Program-made: the position numbers and the translations under genes | The notes under the pieces: model-generated | The model's input: only the letters and a program-made list of their open reading frames with translations | What the model was told of the DNA's origin: nothing | Database searches by the model: none | Assembly (NCBI GenBank): GCA_020351855.1 | Contig: CP070670.1 | Coordinates: forward strand, 2,843,274 to 2,907,273 | DNA length: 64,000 bases | Origin: Gemmatimonadota bacterium | GTDB lineage: Bacteria; Gemmatimonadota; Gemmatimonadetes; Palauibacterales; Palauibacteraceae | Direction of reading: 5' to 3' | Shown here: piece after piece, positions 9,036 through 18,319 of the stretch | How the letters are laid out: each line of letters begins with the position of its first letter | Numbering within the stretch: the first letter of the stretch is position 1

Positions 9036-12000
9036 TGGACGCGGATCGGCGACGCCGCGTCGAGGAGCTGTTCGAGGGCACCCTCGACCGGCCCGCGGAG
9101 GACCGGGCATCCTTTCTCCGGAAGGCCTGCGGCGACGACCGGAAGCTGCAAGGAGAGGTCGAGCGGCTCCTCAGGGCGCACGCGAGGACAGCCGGACTGC
9201 TGGACGCCGAGAGACCCGAGCGACCCCCTCCGCCAGCCGGGCCGGCGGACGACCGGCGTGAGGCTCGGACTGCGCCCGGCGATGGCATGCGGGTCGGACC
9301 CTACCGGATTGTCCGCGAGCTGGGACGCGGCGGGATGGGGGTGGTCTACCTCGCGGAGCGGGCGGACGGTCAGTTCAGGCAACGGGTCTCCCTCAAGATG
9401 ATTCGGCGCGGACCGGAGGCTTCGGAGCTCGGCCGCCGGTTCTAGACCGAGCGCCAGATCCTCGCCGCGCTCAGCCACCCCAACATCGCCGCACTCCTCG
9501 ACGGCGGCGTCACCGACGATGGTCGCCCCTACCTGGTCATGGAGTACGTGGACGGCCTGCCGATCGACGCGTTCTGCAGCCGAAAGCTCCTGGGCCTGCG
9601 CGAGCGCCTCAAGCTCTTCTGCACCGTCGCCCGAGCCGTTCAGCACGCCCATCGCAATCTCATCGTTCACCGCGATCTGAAGCCGTCCAACATCCTGGTC
9701 ACGCCCGATGGGCACGTGAAGCTCCTCGATTTCGGGATCGCCAAGATCCTCGACCCGACGCTCCTCGAGGGTGGCGCACCGGAGACCCGTACCGGCCTTC
9801 TCCTGATGACGCCGGAGTACGCGAGCCCCGAGCAGGTCCGGGCCGAGCCGATCACGACCGCCGCCGATGTCTATGCGCTGGGCGTCGTGCTCTACGAGCT
9901 GCTCGCCGGGCGGCGTCCCTTCCAGCTGATCGGGCGGACAGCGGCCGAGGCGGAGCGCATCATCACGGAAGAGGAGCCGTCGAGGCCGAGCGGCGCGGTC
10001 GCGCCCGATGCCGGACCGGAGTCCCAGCGCCTGCAGCGCGCACTTCGCGGAGACCTGGACCGTATCGTGCTCATGGCGCTGCGCAAGGAGCCGGGCCGCC
10101 GCTACGCCTCCGCCGAGCAGATGGCAGAGGACGTGGAGCGGCATCTGGCGGGATTGCCGGTCATCGCTCAGGGCGACTCGGCGGCCTATCGGGCGCGCAA
10201 GTTCGTCGGCCGCCACAGAGCCGGGGTGACGGCCGCGGCGGCGGTCGCGATCGCCCTCTTAGGCGGGGTGGTGCTCGCTACCATCGGGATGGTCAGGGCC
10301 GGCCGCGCCGAGGCGGTCGCGCGCGCGGAAGCCGAGACGGCGCACCAGGTCTCCGATTTTCTCGTGGATCTATTCGAGGTGTCTGACCCGGGGGAGGCGC
10401 TCGGGAACACGATCACCGCGCGCGAAATCCTGGACGAGGGAGCCGCCCGGATCGCCACGGAGCTCGGGGACCAGCCGCTCGTCCAGGCGCGCCTCATGGG
10501 CACGATCGGAGACATCTACACCAAGCTCGGCCTCTACGATCGGGCGCAGCCGCTTCTCGAGTCCGCACTCTCCGTCCGTACCGGCCAGCTAGGGGCGGAG
10601 CACCCGGAGGTCGCAGCCAGCGCTCGGAGTCTAGGTCAACTCCATGCGGATCGGGGCGACCTCATCGGGGCGGACACGCTCTACGTCCGGGCGCTCACGA
10701 CGTTCGAAGAAGCGCTGGGAACGGAGGATCTCGAAGTCGCAAGGACGCTCGGCATGCGCGCCGATGTGGCGCGCCGGGAGAGCCGGTACGAAGAGGCCAT
10801 CGCTTTCGAGCAGCGGGCTCTCGCCATCCGCCAGGCCGCGCTGGGGCCAGAGGATCCGGCGGTGGCCTCCAGCTGGAACGGACTGGCGGCGATCTTCGCG
10901 AGGCAGGGCCGGCTCTCCGAGGCGGAGGATGCGTTCCGCCAAGCGCTGCGGATCCGCGAGAAGACGCTGGGTCCGGATCACCCGGACGTCGCCGTCACCC
11001 TGTCGGACATGGCCACCACCGTCGGCCGTATGGGGCGGGACGAAGAGGCCGAGCCCATGCTGCAGCGAGCCCTGGCCATTTTCGAGGCAAGCCTGGGCCC
11101 GGAGCACCGCTCGGTGGCGTCGGTGCTGCTGAACCTCGGCAGCCTGAAGGGCCGGCAGGGCAGAATGAAAGAGTCGGAAGCCTACTTCCTGCGCTCCGCA
11201 GCGATCCGCGCGGGAGTGTTCGGGCCCGATCATCCGGAGACCGCGCTGGCCTACAAGAACCTGGCGCTCGGATATCTGCTGATGGCCGACTACGCGGCGG
11301 CCGAATCCTACCTGAGGAGGACGATCGCCATCGAGGAAGGCGCCTTCGGAAGAGAGCACCTCGCCGTCGCCTGGGACTATCTCACCCTCGCGGGCCTGTA
11401 CGTGCGGCTCGCCCGCTACGGGGAGGCGGAGGAAAACTACCGCGTGGGCCTCGCCGCCCTCGAAGCGATCGTCGGCTCGGAGCACCCGCAGACGGCCAGA
11501 GCCCTGCGCGGGCTGGGGCAGGTGGCGCTGCGCCGCGGCAATGCCTCGGCGGCCGCCGAGCTGTACGGGCGGTCGTTGTCGATTCTCCGGAAGACGGTCG
11601 GCGAGGAGAACCAGGAGGTCGCCTCCAGCCTCGATGGTCTGGGCATGGTGCACTATCGGGCAGGCGAGTACGCGGAGGCGGCGACGCTGCACGAGCAGGC
11701 GCTGGCGATGCGGGAGAAGACCACGCGGCCCGATCACCCCGCGGTATCGGAGACGCTCTGGAAGCTGGCGGATGCCCGTCTGGCGCTCGGCCAGGCCGAG
11801 GAAGCCGAGGGGCTCTGCCGCCGGGCCATCTCGATCTCGGAGACGGCTCACGGCGGCGGTCACCCCGACGTCGCGCAGGGGCTCCACGGGCTCGGCGCCG
11901 CCCTGGCGGCTCGGGGAGAGGCGGAGGAGGCACGCGTCGCCTGGGAACGCGCCCTCGAGATCCGGACCGCCGTGCTCGGAGAGGAGCACCCCGACACACG

Positions 12001-12043
12001 CGAGACCGCCGCTCGCCTGGCGCAGCTCCGCAGCGCCCGCTGA
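9035..12043 (+). CDS. Ser/Thr protein kinase with TM helix and C-terminal TPR repeats, interrupted by in-frame TAG at 9443-9445 (pseudogene, error or readthrough)
   Basis: ORFs 9035-9445 and 9539-12043 share a frame; [10 protein letters not shown]...[18 protein letters not shown]...HRDLKPSN...DFG...TPEYASPEQ; repeated G.EHP.VA TPR units. Confidence 0.9.
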
Positions 12044-12136
12044 GCGCCACACCGCCCGCGCAGAGCACCACTCCGCCCGTCCCCGCCTGCCCCTTCACCG
12101 GCCGCGCGGGCCGGCGACAGATCCTCCCGCCACGGC

Positions 12137-12155
12137 GTTGAGAATCGTTCTCAAC
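12137..12155. promoter_or_regulatory. Fur-box-like operator upstream of feoB
   Basis: Perfect 8-3-8 inverted repeat GTTGAGAA-TCG-TTCTCAAC, AT-rich, about 55 bp before the feoB start. Confidence 0.75.
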
Positions 12156-12208
12156 TAGGTTAAGATCCTCGGCGAACGCATCCAGGCGAAACGGGGGAGA
12201 GAAGACGC

Positions 12209-14248
12209 GTGACGCACTGCGCGGTTGAAGGCGACACACTCGAGGCACAGGATCGGCGCGACGACGGAAGGGGGACTATCCTCCTCGTCGGCAACCCGAA
12301 CGTGGGCAAGAGCGTTCTCTTCAGGAACCTCACGCAGCGGTACGTCACGGTGTCGAACTACCCCGGCACGACAGTCGAGGTGGTGCGCGCTCGCGCCCGC
12401 TTCGACGGGCGCACGACCGACGTCGTAGACACGCCCGGCCTCAACGACCTCCTCCCGCGCAGCGACGATGCGAGGGTCACCCTGGAGATCCTGCAGGAGA
12501 ACCCGGACGCCACCGTCGTGCAGGTGGCGGACGCCAAGAACCTCAGGCGGGCGCTGCTGCTGACCCTTCAGCTGGCGGAGCTCGGAAGGCCGATGGTGCT
12601 CGTCCTCAACATGCTGGACGAGCTGGAGGAGCGAGGAGGGCGGATCGACTCGGACCGGCTGGCCGAGATCCTCGGAATCCCGGTCGTCGAGACGATCGCG
12701 CTGCGGGACTACGGAACGGCAGCCGTCGCGGCAGCCGTGCCGCAAGCGCGGACCTCCCGGCTGAACGGGGACCATGCGGCGCGGGCCGGCAACGGGCGGA
12801 ACGATCGGGCCTCGCCCCAAACCGTGCGGCCCCTCCCGATCGTTCCGCCCGAGGCGCGTCCGGATCCGTACGAGGCGAATCGACTGCGCCTCGAGCGCGT
12901 GAAGGGGATCCTGGCCGAGACCTACTCGATCGCCCCCCCAGCGAAGCCGTCCTTCAAGGTCAGACTGGGGTTCTGGGCCATGCATCCGGTCAAGGGGCTC
13001 TTTTTCCTTGCCGCGGTGCTGTTCTCGGTATTCTGGTTCGTCGGCCTGTTCGGTGCGGGCACGCTGGTCGACCTGCTCGAGGTGGGCGGTTTCAATCAGC
13101 GCCTGAACCCGCTGGCCATTCAGGCCACGGATCGCGTCCTGCCCTTCCCGCATCAGCACCTCACCGAGCTCATCCGGCAGCCGATCGCTCTTCCGATGTC
13201 GCCCGCCCACGAAGTGGAGATCGGGATGCTCGAGAAGAGCGCCGTGATGCCGGCCTACACGGTGCCGCCCGACGCGTCCTCGAGCCCCATCCAGCAGGTG
13301 TTCCGCTTCGTGCACGATTTCCTGGTCGGCGAGTACGGGCTGATCACGATGGCGCTCAGCTACGCGTTCGCCATCGTGCTGCCGATCGTCACGACGTTCT
13401 TCCTCGTGTTCAGCCTCCTGGAGGACTCCGGATACTTCTCGCGGATGGCGATCATGCTGAACCGGACGCTGCGCCGGATCGGCCTGAACGGAAAGGCCGT
13501 GCTCCCCATGATCCTCGGTCTGGGGTGCGCGACGATGGCCACGATGACGACGCGCATCCTCGAGACGCGCAAGGAGCGGGTCGTGACCACGATGCTGCTC
13601 GCCCTGGCGGTACCCTGCTCCGCCCAGCTGGGAGTACTGCTCGCGATGATGGCCACGCTATCGCCGGCGGGGGCGATTGTATGGCTGGGGCTCGTGATCG
13701 GCATTCTCCTCGCCGTGGGGTGGCTGAGCGCGCGCGTGTTCGGTGGAGAGACGAGCGAGTTCATCCTGGAAATCCCGCCGATGCGGCGGCCCCAGCTCTC
13801 GAACGTGACCGTCAAGACGCTGAGCCGTCTCGAGTGGTACCTGAAGGAAGTCATGCCGATCTTCGTGATCGGAACCGCGCTCCTCTTCCTCCTGGATCGG
13901 CTCCAGCTGCTGGAGGCGATCGGCCGAGCTTCCCAACCCATCGTCACCGGCTGGCTGGGCCTTCCGAGCGAGATGGCCAACGCCTTCCTCGTCGGCTTCA
14001 TGCGTCGGGACTTCGGGGCCGTATACATTCTCGATGCGGTCACGGCCTCCGATCCGATCCTCACGTCGCTGCAGATCTTCGTTGCCATGGTCACGATCAC
14101 CCTCTTCATGCCCTGTGTGGCCACGTTCCTGATGATCGCCCGCGAGCACGGCACGAAGACGGCCCTCAGGATGTCCGCGTTCATCTTCCCGTTCGCCTTC
14201 TTGGTCGGCGGGCTCGTCTACCGTCTGGGACGATGGCTCCCCCTCTAG
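12209..14248 (+). CDS. feoB: Ferrous iron transporter B
   Basis: GNPNVGKS, NYPGTTV, DTPG, NMLD G-motifs; LEDSGY, GLGC, VPCSAQ, EIPP, MPCVA membrane motifs. Confidence 0.93.
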   Translation: MTHCAVEGDTLEAQDRRDDGRGTILLVGNPNVGKSVLFRNLTQRYVTVSNYPGTTVEVVRARARFDGRTTDVVDTPGLNDLLPRSDDARVTLEILQENPDATVVQVADAKNLRRALLLTLQLAELGRPMVLVLNMLDELEERGGRIDSDRLAEILGIPVVETIALRDYGTAAVAAAVPQARTSRLNGDHAARAGNGRNDRASPQTVRPLPIVPPEARPDPYEANRLRLERVKGILAETYSIAPPAKPSFKVRLGFWAMHPVKGLFFLAAVLFSVFWFVGLFGAGTLVDLLEVGGFNQRLNPLAIQATDRVLPFPHQHLTELIRQPIALPMSPAHEVEIGMLEKSAVMPAYTVPPDASSSPIQQVFRFVHDFLVGEYGLITMALSYAFAIVLPIVTTFFLVFSLLEDSGYFSRMAIMLNRTLRRIGLNGKAVLPMILGLGCATMATMTTRILETRKERVVTTMLLALAVPCSAQLGVLLAMMATLSPAGAIVWLGLVIGILLAVGWLSARVFGGETSEFILEIPPMRRPQLSNVTVKTLSRLEWYLKEVMPIFVIGTALLFLLDRLQLLEAIGRASQPIVTGWLGLPSEMANAFLVGFMRRDFGAVYILDAVTASDPILTSLQIFVAMVTITLFMPCVATFLMIAREHGTKTALRMSAFIFPFAFLVGGLVYRLGRWLPL

Positions 14249-14712
14249 GCAGCGCGGAGCTGCGGCTGGCGGCCGCAGAGGGCTCGGTGTGGGTGAGTTG
14301 CCCGATGTGCGGGTACGAGTTCGACCGCGAGGATACGCTGTGCGGACACGGCTGCCCGCTCGGCTCCCTCTGCAACCTCGTGCGCTGCTCCAACTGCGGT
14401 TACGAGTTCCCCGATGCACCGAGGCGGCGATCCTGGCTCAGACGGCTGTTGTCGCGTGAAGCCAAGCCCTCGCGGCTTCCGCCCGACGTACGGTCGGTGA
14501 GCGCCCTGGAGCCCGGCGAGACGGCGAGCGTCGTATGCATGGGCGAGCGCAAGGGATCGCGCTACGGGACGCTCTCCGCCTTCGGGCTCGTCGCCGGTGC
14601 CGAGGTGATGCTGATCCAGCGACGTCCCTCCTGCGTCGTCAAGATCGGGGAGACCGAGCTGGCGCTCGACCCGGAGATCGCGGAGGAGCTCCTGGTGCGG
14701 CCTCTCGGCTGA
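14233..14712 (+). CDS. feoA: FeoA-domain protein with N-terminal Cys-rich domain
   Basis: C-terminal FeoA (LEPGETA.V...L..FGL..G.EV...IG.TELAL); N-terminal CPMCGYEF...CGHGCPL..LC..VRCSNCGYEF; start at 14233 (ATG) or 14287 (GTG). Confidence 0.8.
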   Translation: MAPPLGSAELRLAAAEGSVWVSCPMCGYEFDREDTLCGHGCPLGSLCNLVRCSNCGYEFPDAPRRRSWLRRLLSREAKPSRLPPDVRSVSALEPGETASVVCMGERKGSRYGTLSAFGLVAGAEVMLIQRRPSCVVKIGETELALDPEIAEELLVRPLG

Positions 14713-14721
14713 ACGCTCCGG

Positions 14722-16065
14722 CTACGGCCCGACCGCCAGCCGATAGAGGAGCCCAGCGGCGGCGCTGAGCCCCAGCACGGGCAGCATCCCCGCGCGGAAC
14801 CGGGTGAGTGCCACGAGGGCGAGCAGCACGAGGGCCACCGCCACGGGATCCACGGTGCTCCACACGGGAAGGAGAAGATCCATGCCCAGGTCGCGGACCG
14901 TGCGGGTGCCGGTGAACAGGGCGTGGACGGCGAACCAGACCGACAGATTGAGCATCACGCCCACCACGGCGGCGGTGATCGCCGAGAGCGCCGCGCCGAG
15001 CGAACGCCGCCCGCGCAGGTGCTCGATGTAGGGTGCGCCGACGAAGATCCACAGAAAGCACGGCGCGAACGTCACCCAGGTCGTGACGACCGATCCGATC
15101 AGGCCCGCCAGCATGGGGTGGAGAAGACCCGGGTTGCGGTACGCGCCCATGAAGCCGACGAACTGCACCACCTGAATGAGGGGCCCCGGCGTGGACTCCG
15201 CCATCCCCAGACCATCCAGCATCTCCCCGGGAGCCAGCCAGCCGTAGGTGGCGACTGCCTTCTGGGCGATATAGGCGAGCACCGCGTAGGCGCCGCCAAA
15301 CGTGACGACGGCCGTCTTGCTGAAGAAGACTCCCTCGGTGACGAAGATGTCGGCTCCGCCCAGCACGACAGCCAGCGCTCCCACCGGCAGCCACCAGATC
15401 GCCAGCCAGATGGCAGCCGTGCGCAGCGTGCGCCCCCACGCGGGGAGGACGGTAGCCTCGTCGGCGTCGCGGCCGAGATCCCCGGGGATCTCGGCCCATG
15501 GAGGACGCAGTCTTCCGGCTGCCGCTCCGATCAGGCCCGCCCCGGCGATGATGATCGGGAAGGAGAGGTCGAAGGCATAGATCGCCAGGAAGGCGGCGGC
15601 GGCCAGACCGGCCATCAGCCGGTTGGTCAGGGCCCGGCGTCCGAGGCGCGCCAGAGCCACCACGACGATCGCGAGCACGGCCGGCTTGAGGCCGTAGAAG
15701 AAGGCCTGCACGAGGCTGGCATCGCGGAAGCTGGCGTAGAGCACGCTCAGCAGAAGGATCGACAGGAAGCCCGGCAGGATGAACAACCCGCCCGCCACCA
15801 GGCCACCGCGCCAGCCATGGAGGAGCCAGCCGGTGTAGGTCGCCAGCTGCTGCGCCTCGGGGCCCGGAAGGAGCATGCAGTAGTTGAGCGCATGGAGGAA
15901 CCGACCCTGGCTCACCCAGCGCTTCTCGTCGACCAGGATCGTCTGCATGACGGCGATCTGTCCGGCGGGGCCGCCGAAGCTGTTGACCGCCACCCTCACC
16001 CAGGCGCGCAGTGCCTCCCGGAACGGGACGACACCGTTCACCCGGGCCTCACGTCCTTCCCGCAA
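14722..16065 (-). CDS. chrA: Chromate efflux transporter (long-chain CHR)
   Basis: SFGGPAGQIA, LPGPEAQQLA, TFGGAYAVL, ESTPGP motifs; start may be GTG at 16041. Confidence 0.9.
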   Translation of the reverse strand: MREGREARVNGVVPFREALRAWVRVAVNSFGGPAGQIAVMQTILVDEKRWVSQGRFLHALNYCMLLPGPEAQQLATYTGWLLHGWRGGLVAGGLFILPGFLSILLLSVLYASFRDASLVQAFFYGLKPAVLAIVVVALARLGRRALTNRLMAGLAAAAFLAIYAFDLSFPIIIAGAGLIGAAAGRLRPPWAEIPGDLGRDADEATVLPAWGRTLRTAAIWLAIWWLPVGALAVVLGGADIFVTEGVFFSKTAVVTFGGAYAVLAYIAQKAVATYGWLAPGEMLDGLGMAESTPGPLIQVVQFVGFMGAYRNPGLLHPMLAGLIGSVVTTWVTFAPCFLWIFVGAPYIEHLRGRRSLGAALSAITAAVVGVMLNLSVWFAVHALFTGTRTVRDLGMDLLLPVWSTVDPVAVALVLLALVALTRFRAGMLPVLGLSAAAGLLYRLAVGP

Positions 16066-16193
16066 TCAAGCTGCAGCTTCTGACCCCGTCAGGTGCCGGA
16101 AAATCACACCTCCCTCCAGTTCTCCGACTGCTCGAAAACCGAGGCGGCGCGATAGGTCTTCGCCCCCTCCGGTCTGACCGCTCTGCCGGCTTC

Positions 16194-17168
16194 CTAGCCG
16201 GCAAGCTGGCCCTCCTCGGCGGATGCGCAGGCCGACGCGATGAGGCCGGCCAGGCGGGCATTCTGCTCCAGCAGCGCCCGGTTTGCCTTGACCGCCCGTC
16301 CGGCAGTCTGCTCGGCGATCCGGCCGAGAAGGAAAGGCGTGACCGCCTTGCCGTGGATGCCGGCCTGCTCGGCCGCCTTCACCGCGGCCTCGACCATGGC
16401 CTCGACCTGCTGACCGGGCAGAGCCGACCCGCGCGGTGGGGGGTTGCAGAGTAGGACACCGCCGGACAGGCCGAGCTCGCCCAGCCGCCGGATGAGCCGC
16501 GCCGCCTCGGCGGGGGAATCGATCCGGTGCTCCAGCCGCAACCCGCTCTCCCGAGCGTAGAATGCCGGGAACTCATCGGTACCGTAGCCCGCAACGGCAA
16601 CGCCGGCGGCCTCGAGCGCCTCGAGGGTCGCCGGCAGGTCCAGGATGGCCTTGGCTCCGGAGCACACCACGGCGACGGAAGTCCTCCCCAGTTCGAGGAT
16701 GTCGGCCGAGATGTCCAGACGTCGCCCGGTCCCCCGGTGAACGCCCCCGATCCCCCCCGTAGCCATGACCTCGATCCCTGTGCGGCGGGCGACAAAGGCG
16801 GTGGCCGCCACGGTCGTGGCTCCCGAGCCGCCGGCGGCGGACAGCACGGCGAGGTCTCGCGTGCTCGCCTTCGGGATCCGCGGCCCGCGCGCCAGCGCCG
16901 CCACCTCCTCCGGGCCGAGCCCCACGCAGATGCGACCATCCAGCACGGCGACCAGGGCCGGTACGGCACCGCCCTCCCGCACCGCCGCGTCCATCCGGGC
17001 TGCACACTCCAGGTTGTGCGGTGCGGGCAGGCCGTGGACGATGACGGTCGACTCCAGGGCGACAACGGCGCCGCCCCGCTCCAGCTGCTCGCGCACCTCG
17101 GGACGGATCTCGATCGGCCCGCCGTCTCGCAGGCGATCGCGCCCTCGAGCCTCTCCCCGGCCACGCAC
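16194..17168 (-). CDS. psuG: Pseudouridine-5'-phosphate glycosidase
   Basis: VVALESTVI.HGLP.P.N, GATTVAAT, ATGGIGGVHRG, DISAD, GAKAILD, GKAVTPFLL motifs. Confidence 0.92.
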   Translation of the reverse strand: MRGRGEARGRDRLRDGGPIEIRPEVREQLERGGAVVALESTVIVHGLPAPHNLECAARMDAAVREGGAVPALVAVLDGRICVGLGPEEVAALARGPRIPKASTRDLAVLSAAGGSGATTVAATAFVARRTGIEVMATGGIGGVHRGTGRRLDISADILELGRTSVAVVCSGAKAILDLPATLEALEAAGVAVAGYGTDEFPAFYARESGLRLEHRIDSPAEAARLIRRLGELGLSGGVLLCNPPPRGSALPGQQVEAMVEAAVKAAEQAGIHGKAVTPFLLGRIAEQTAGRAVKANRALLEQNARLAGLIASACASAEEGQLAG

Positions 17169-17173
17169 GCCGA

Positions 17174-18106
17174 TCAGCCGGCCCGGGCCCGCTCGCGGAT
17201 GCTCGGCGCGGAGATCTCCGACAGCGCCCCGCCCGATTCGAGCACCACGCTCGCTGCCGCCAGCCCGAGCCTCACCGGGTCGGGCTCCTCGGTAACCAGG
17301 CCGTAGATGTAGCCGGCTATGAGGGCATCACCCGCACCGGTCGGGTCGCGCAGACGCCCGTGCGGGACGATGGGAGGCACGGCCTCGCGGCGCTCCCGAT
17401 CGGCCACGTAGACCCCTTCCGCCCCGAGGGTGACGATCACCGCCGCGGGACCCAGCTCCAGCAGCCGCGCCGCCGCCGCGGCGACCTCCGCCTCGTTCCT
17501 CACCTGCATGCGGGTCAGCCGCTCGAGCTCCTGACGGTCGGGGAATACCGCTTCGAGGAGCGGAAGGACCGGGCAAAGCCGATCCGCCTTCACCACCGAG
17601 ACCGGGTCCGCGAGGATGGTGGTCCCCGGGCTCCTGAATGCCAGAAGCCGCTCGATCGTCTCGGCACTCAGGTTGGAGTCCACGAACCAGAGCTCCCGGT
17701 CGGCGAGCGGGGCGGCAAGGCCCTCTGCCCAGGTCGGGTCCGCCTCGTCGAGAATCGCCATGTCGGCGAGGCCGAACTCCAGTCTGCCGCTGGGTCCGAG
17801 GACGGCCGTGTAGTCGCCCGTGGGATGCCGCGAGGACCGTCTGACGCCGCTCGTGTCGACTCCGGCGCCCCGCAGGTCCGCCAGCAGGCGCCGGCCCGGC
17901 TCGTCCTCCCCCACGATCGAGAAGAGCGCGACATCGCAACCGAGCCGCGCCAGGGCCTCTGCCACGTTGCGGGCCACGCCGCCCGCTCGGGTCTCGCAGA
18001 CCACCGGGTTCGACGTGCCGGGGCGTAGCGGTCCCGACACGATGCAGCGGCGGTCGACGCTCGCCCCGCCGATGCAGGCGATGGAGCGCGGATTGGCAGC
18101 GTTCAT
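17174..18106 (-). CDS. psuK: PfkB-family kinase, probable pseudouridine kinase
   Basis: GTSNP...GGVARNVAE, D.TGAGDA motifs; directly upstream of psuG. Confidence 0.8.
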   Translation of the reverse strand: MNAANPRSIACIGGASVDRRCIVSGPLRPGTSNPVVCETRAGGVARNVAEALARLGCDVALFSIVGEDEPGRRLLADLRGAGVDTSGVRRSSRHPTGDYTAVLGPSGRLEFGLADMAILDEADPTWAEGLAAPLADRELWFVDSNLSAETIERLLAFRSPGTTILADPVSVVKADRLCPVLPLLEAVFPDRQELERLTRMQVRNEAEVAAAAARLLELGPAAVIVTLGAEGVYVADRERREAVPPIVPHGRLRDPTGAGDALIAGYIYGLVTEEPDPVRLGLAAASVVLESGGALSEISAPSIRERARAG

Positions 18107-18319
18107 GCCCTAATCCTCTGTCGCGGGGATCCGCCGGGCAACGGAAAAGCCTTCCCCGCCCGGCGATCGACAGCCATCATGATTTTCATTCCGGCCAATG
18201 TCGATGGCCGGCGACGTCGACGTTTTCCGCATCCATCGGTTGGTGCCCACCGGTTGACCCGGCTTGGACCCGGCAGCCGAATCGAATCCGCGCTCGAAGC
18301 CGAGAGAGGGAGAGGAAGC

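Noticed and set aside
10560-12040. Repeated G.EHP.VA units as a DNA repeat array
   Set aside because: Ordinary degenerate TPR protein repeats of the kinase
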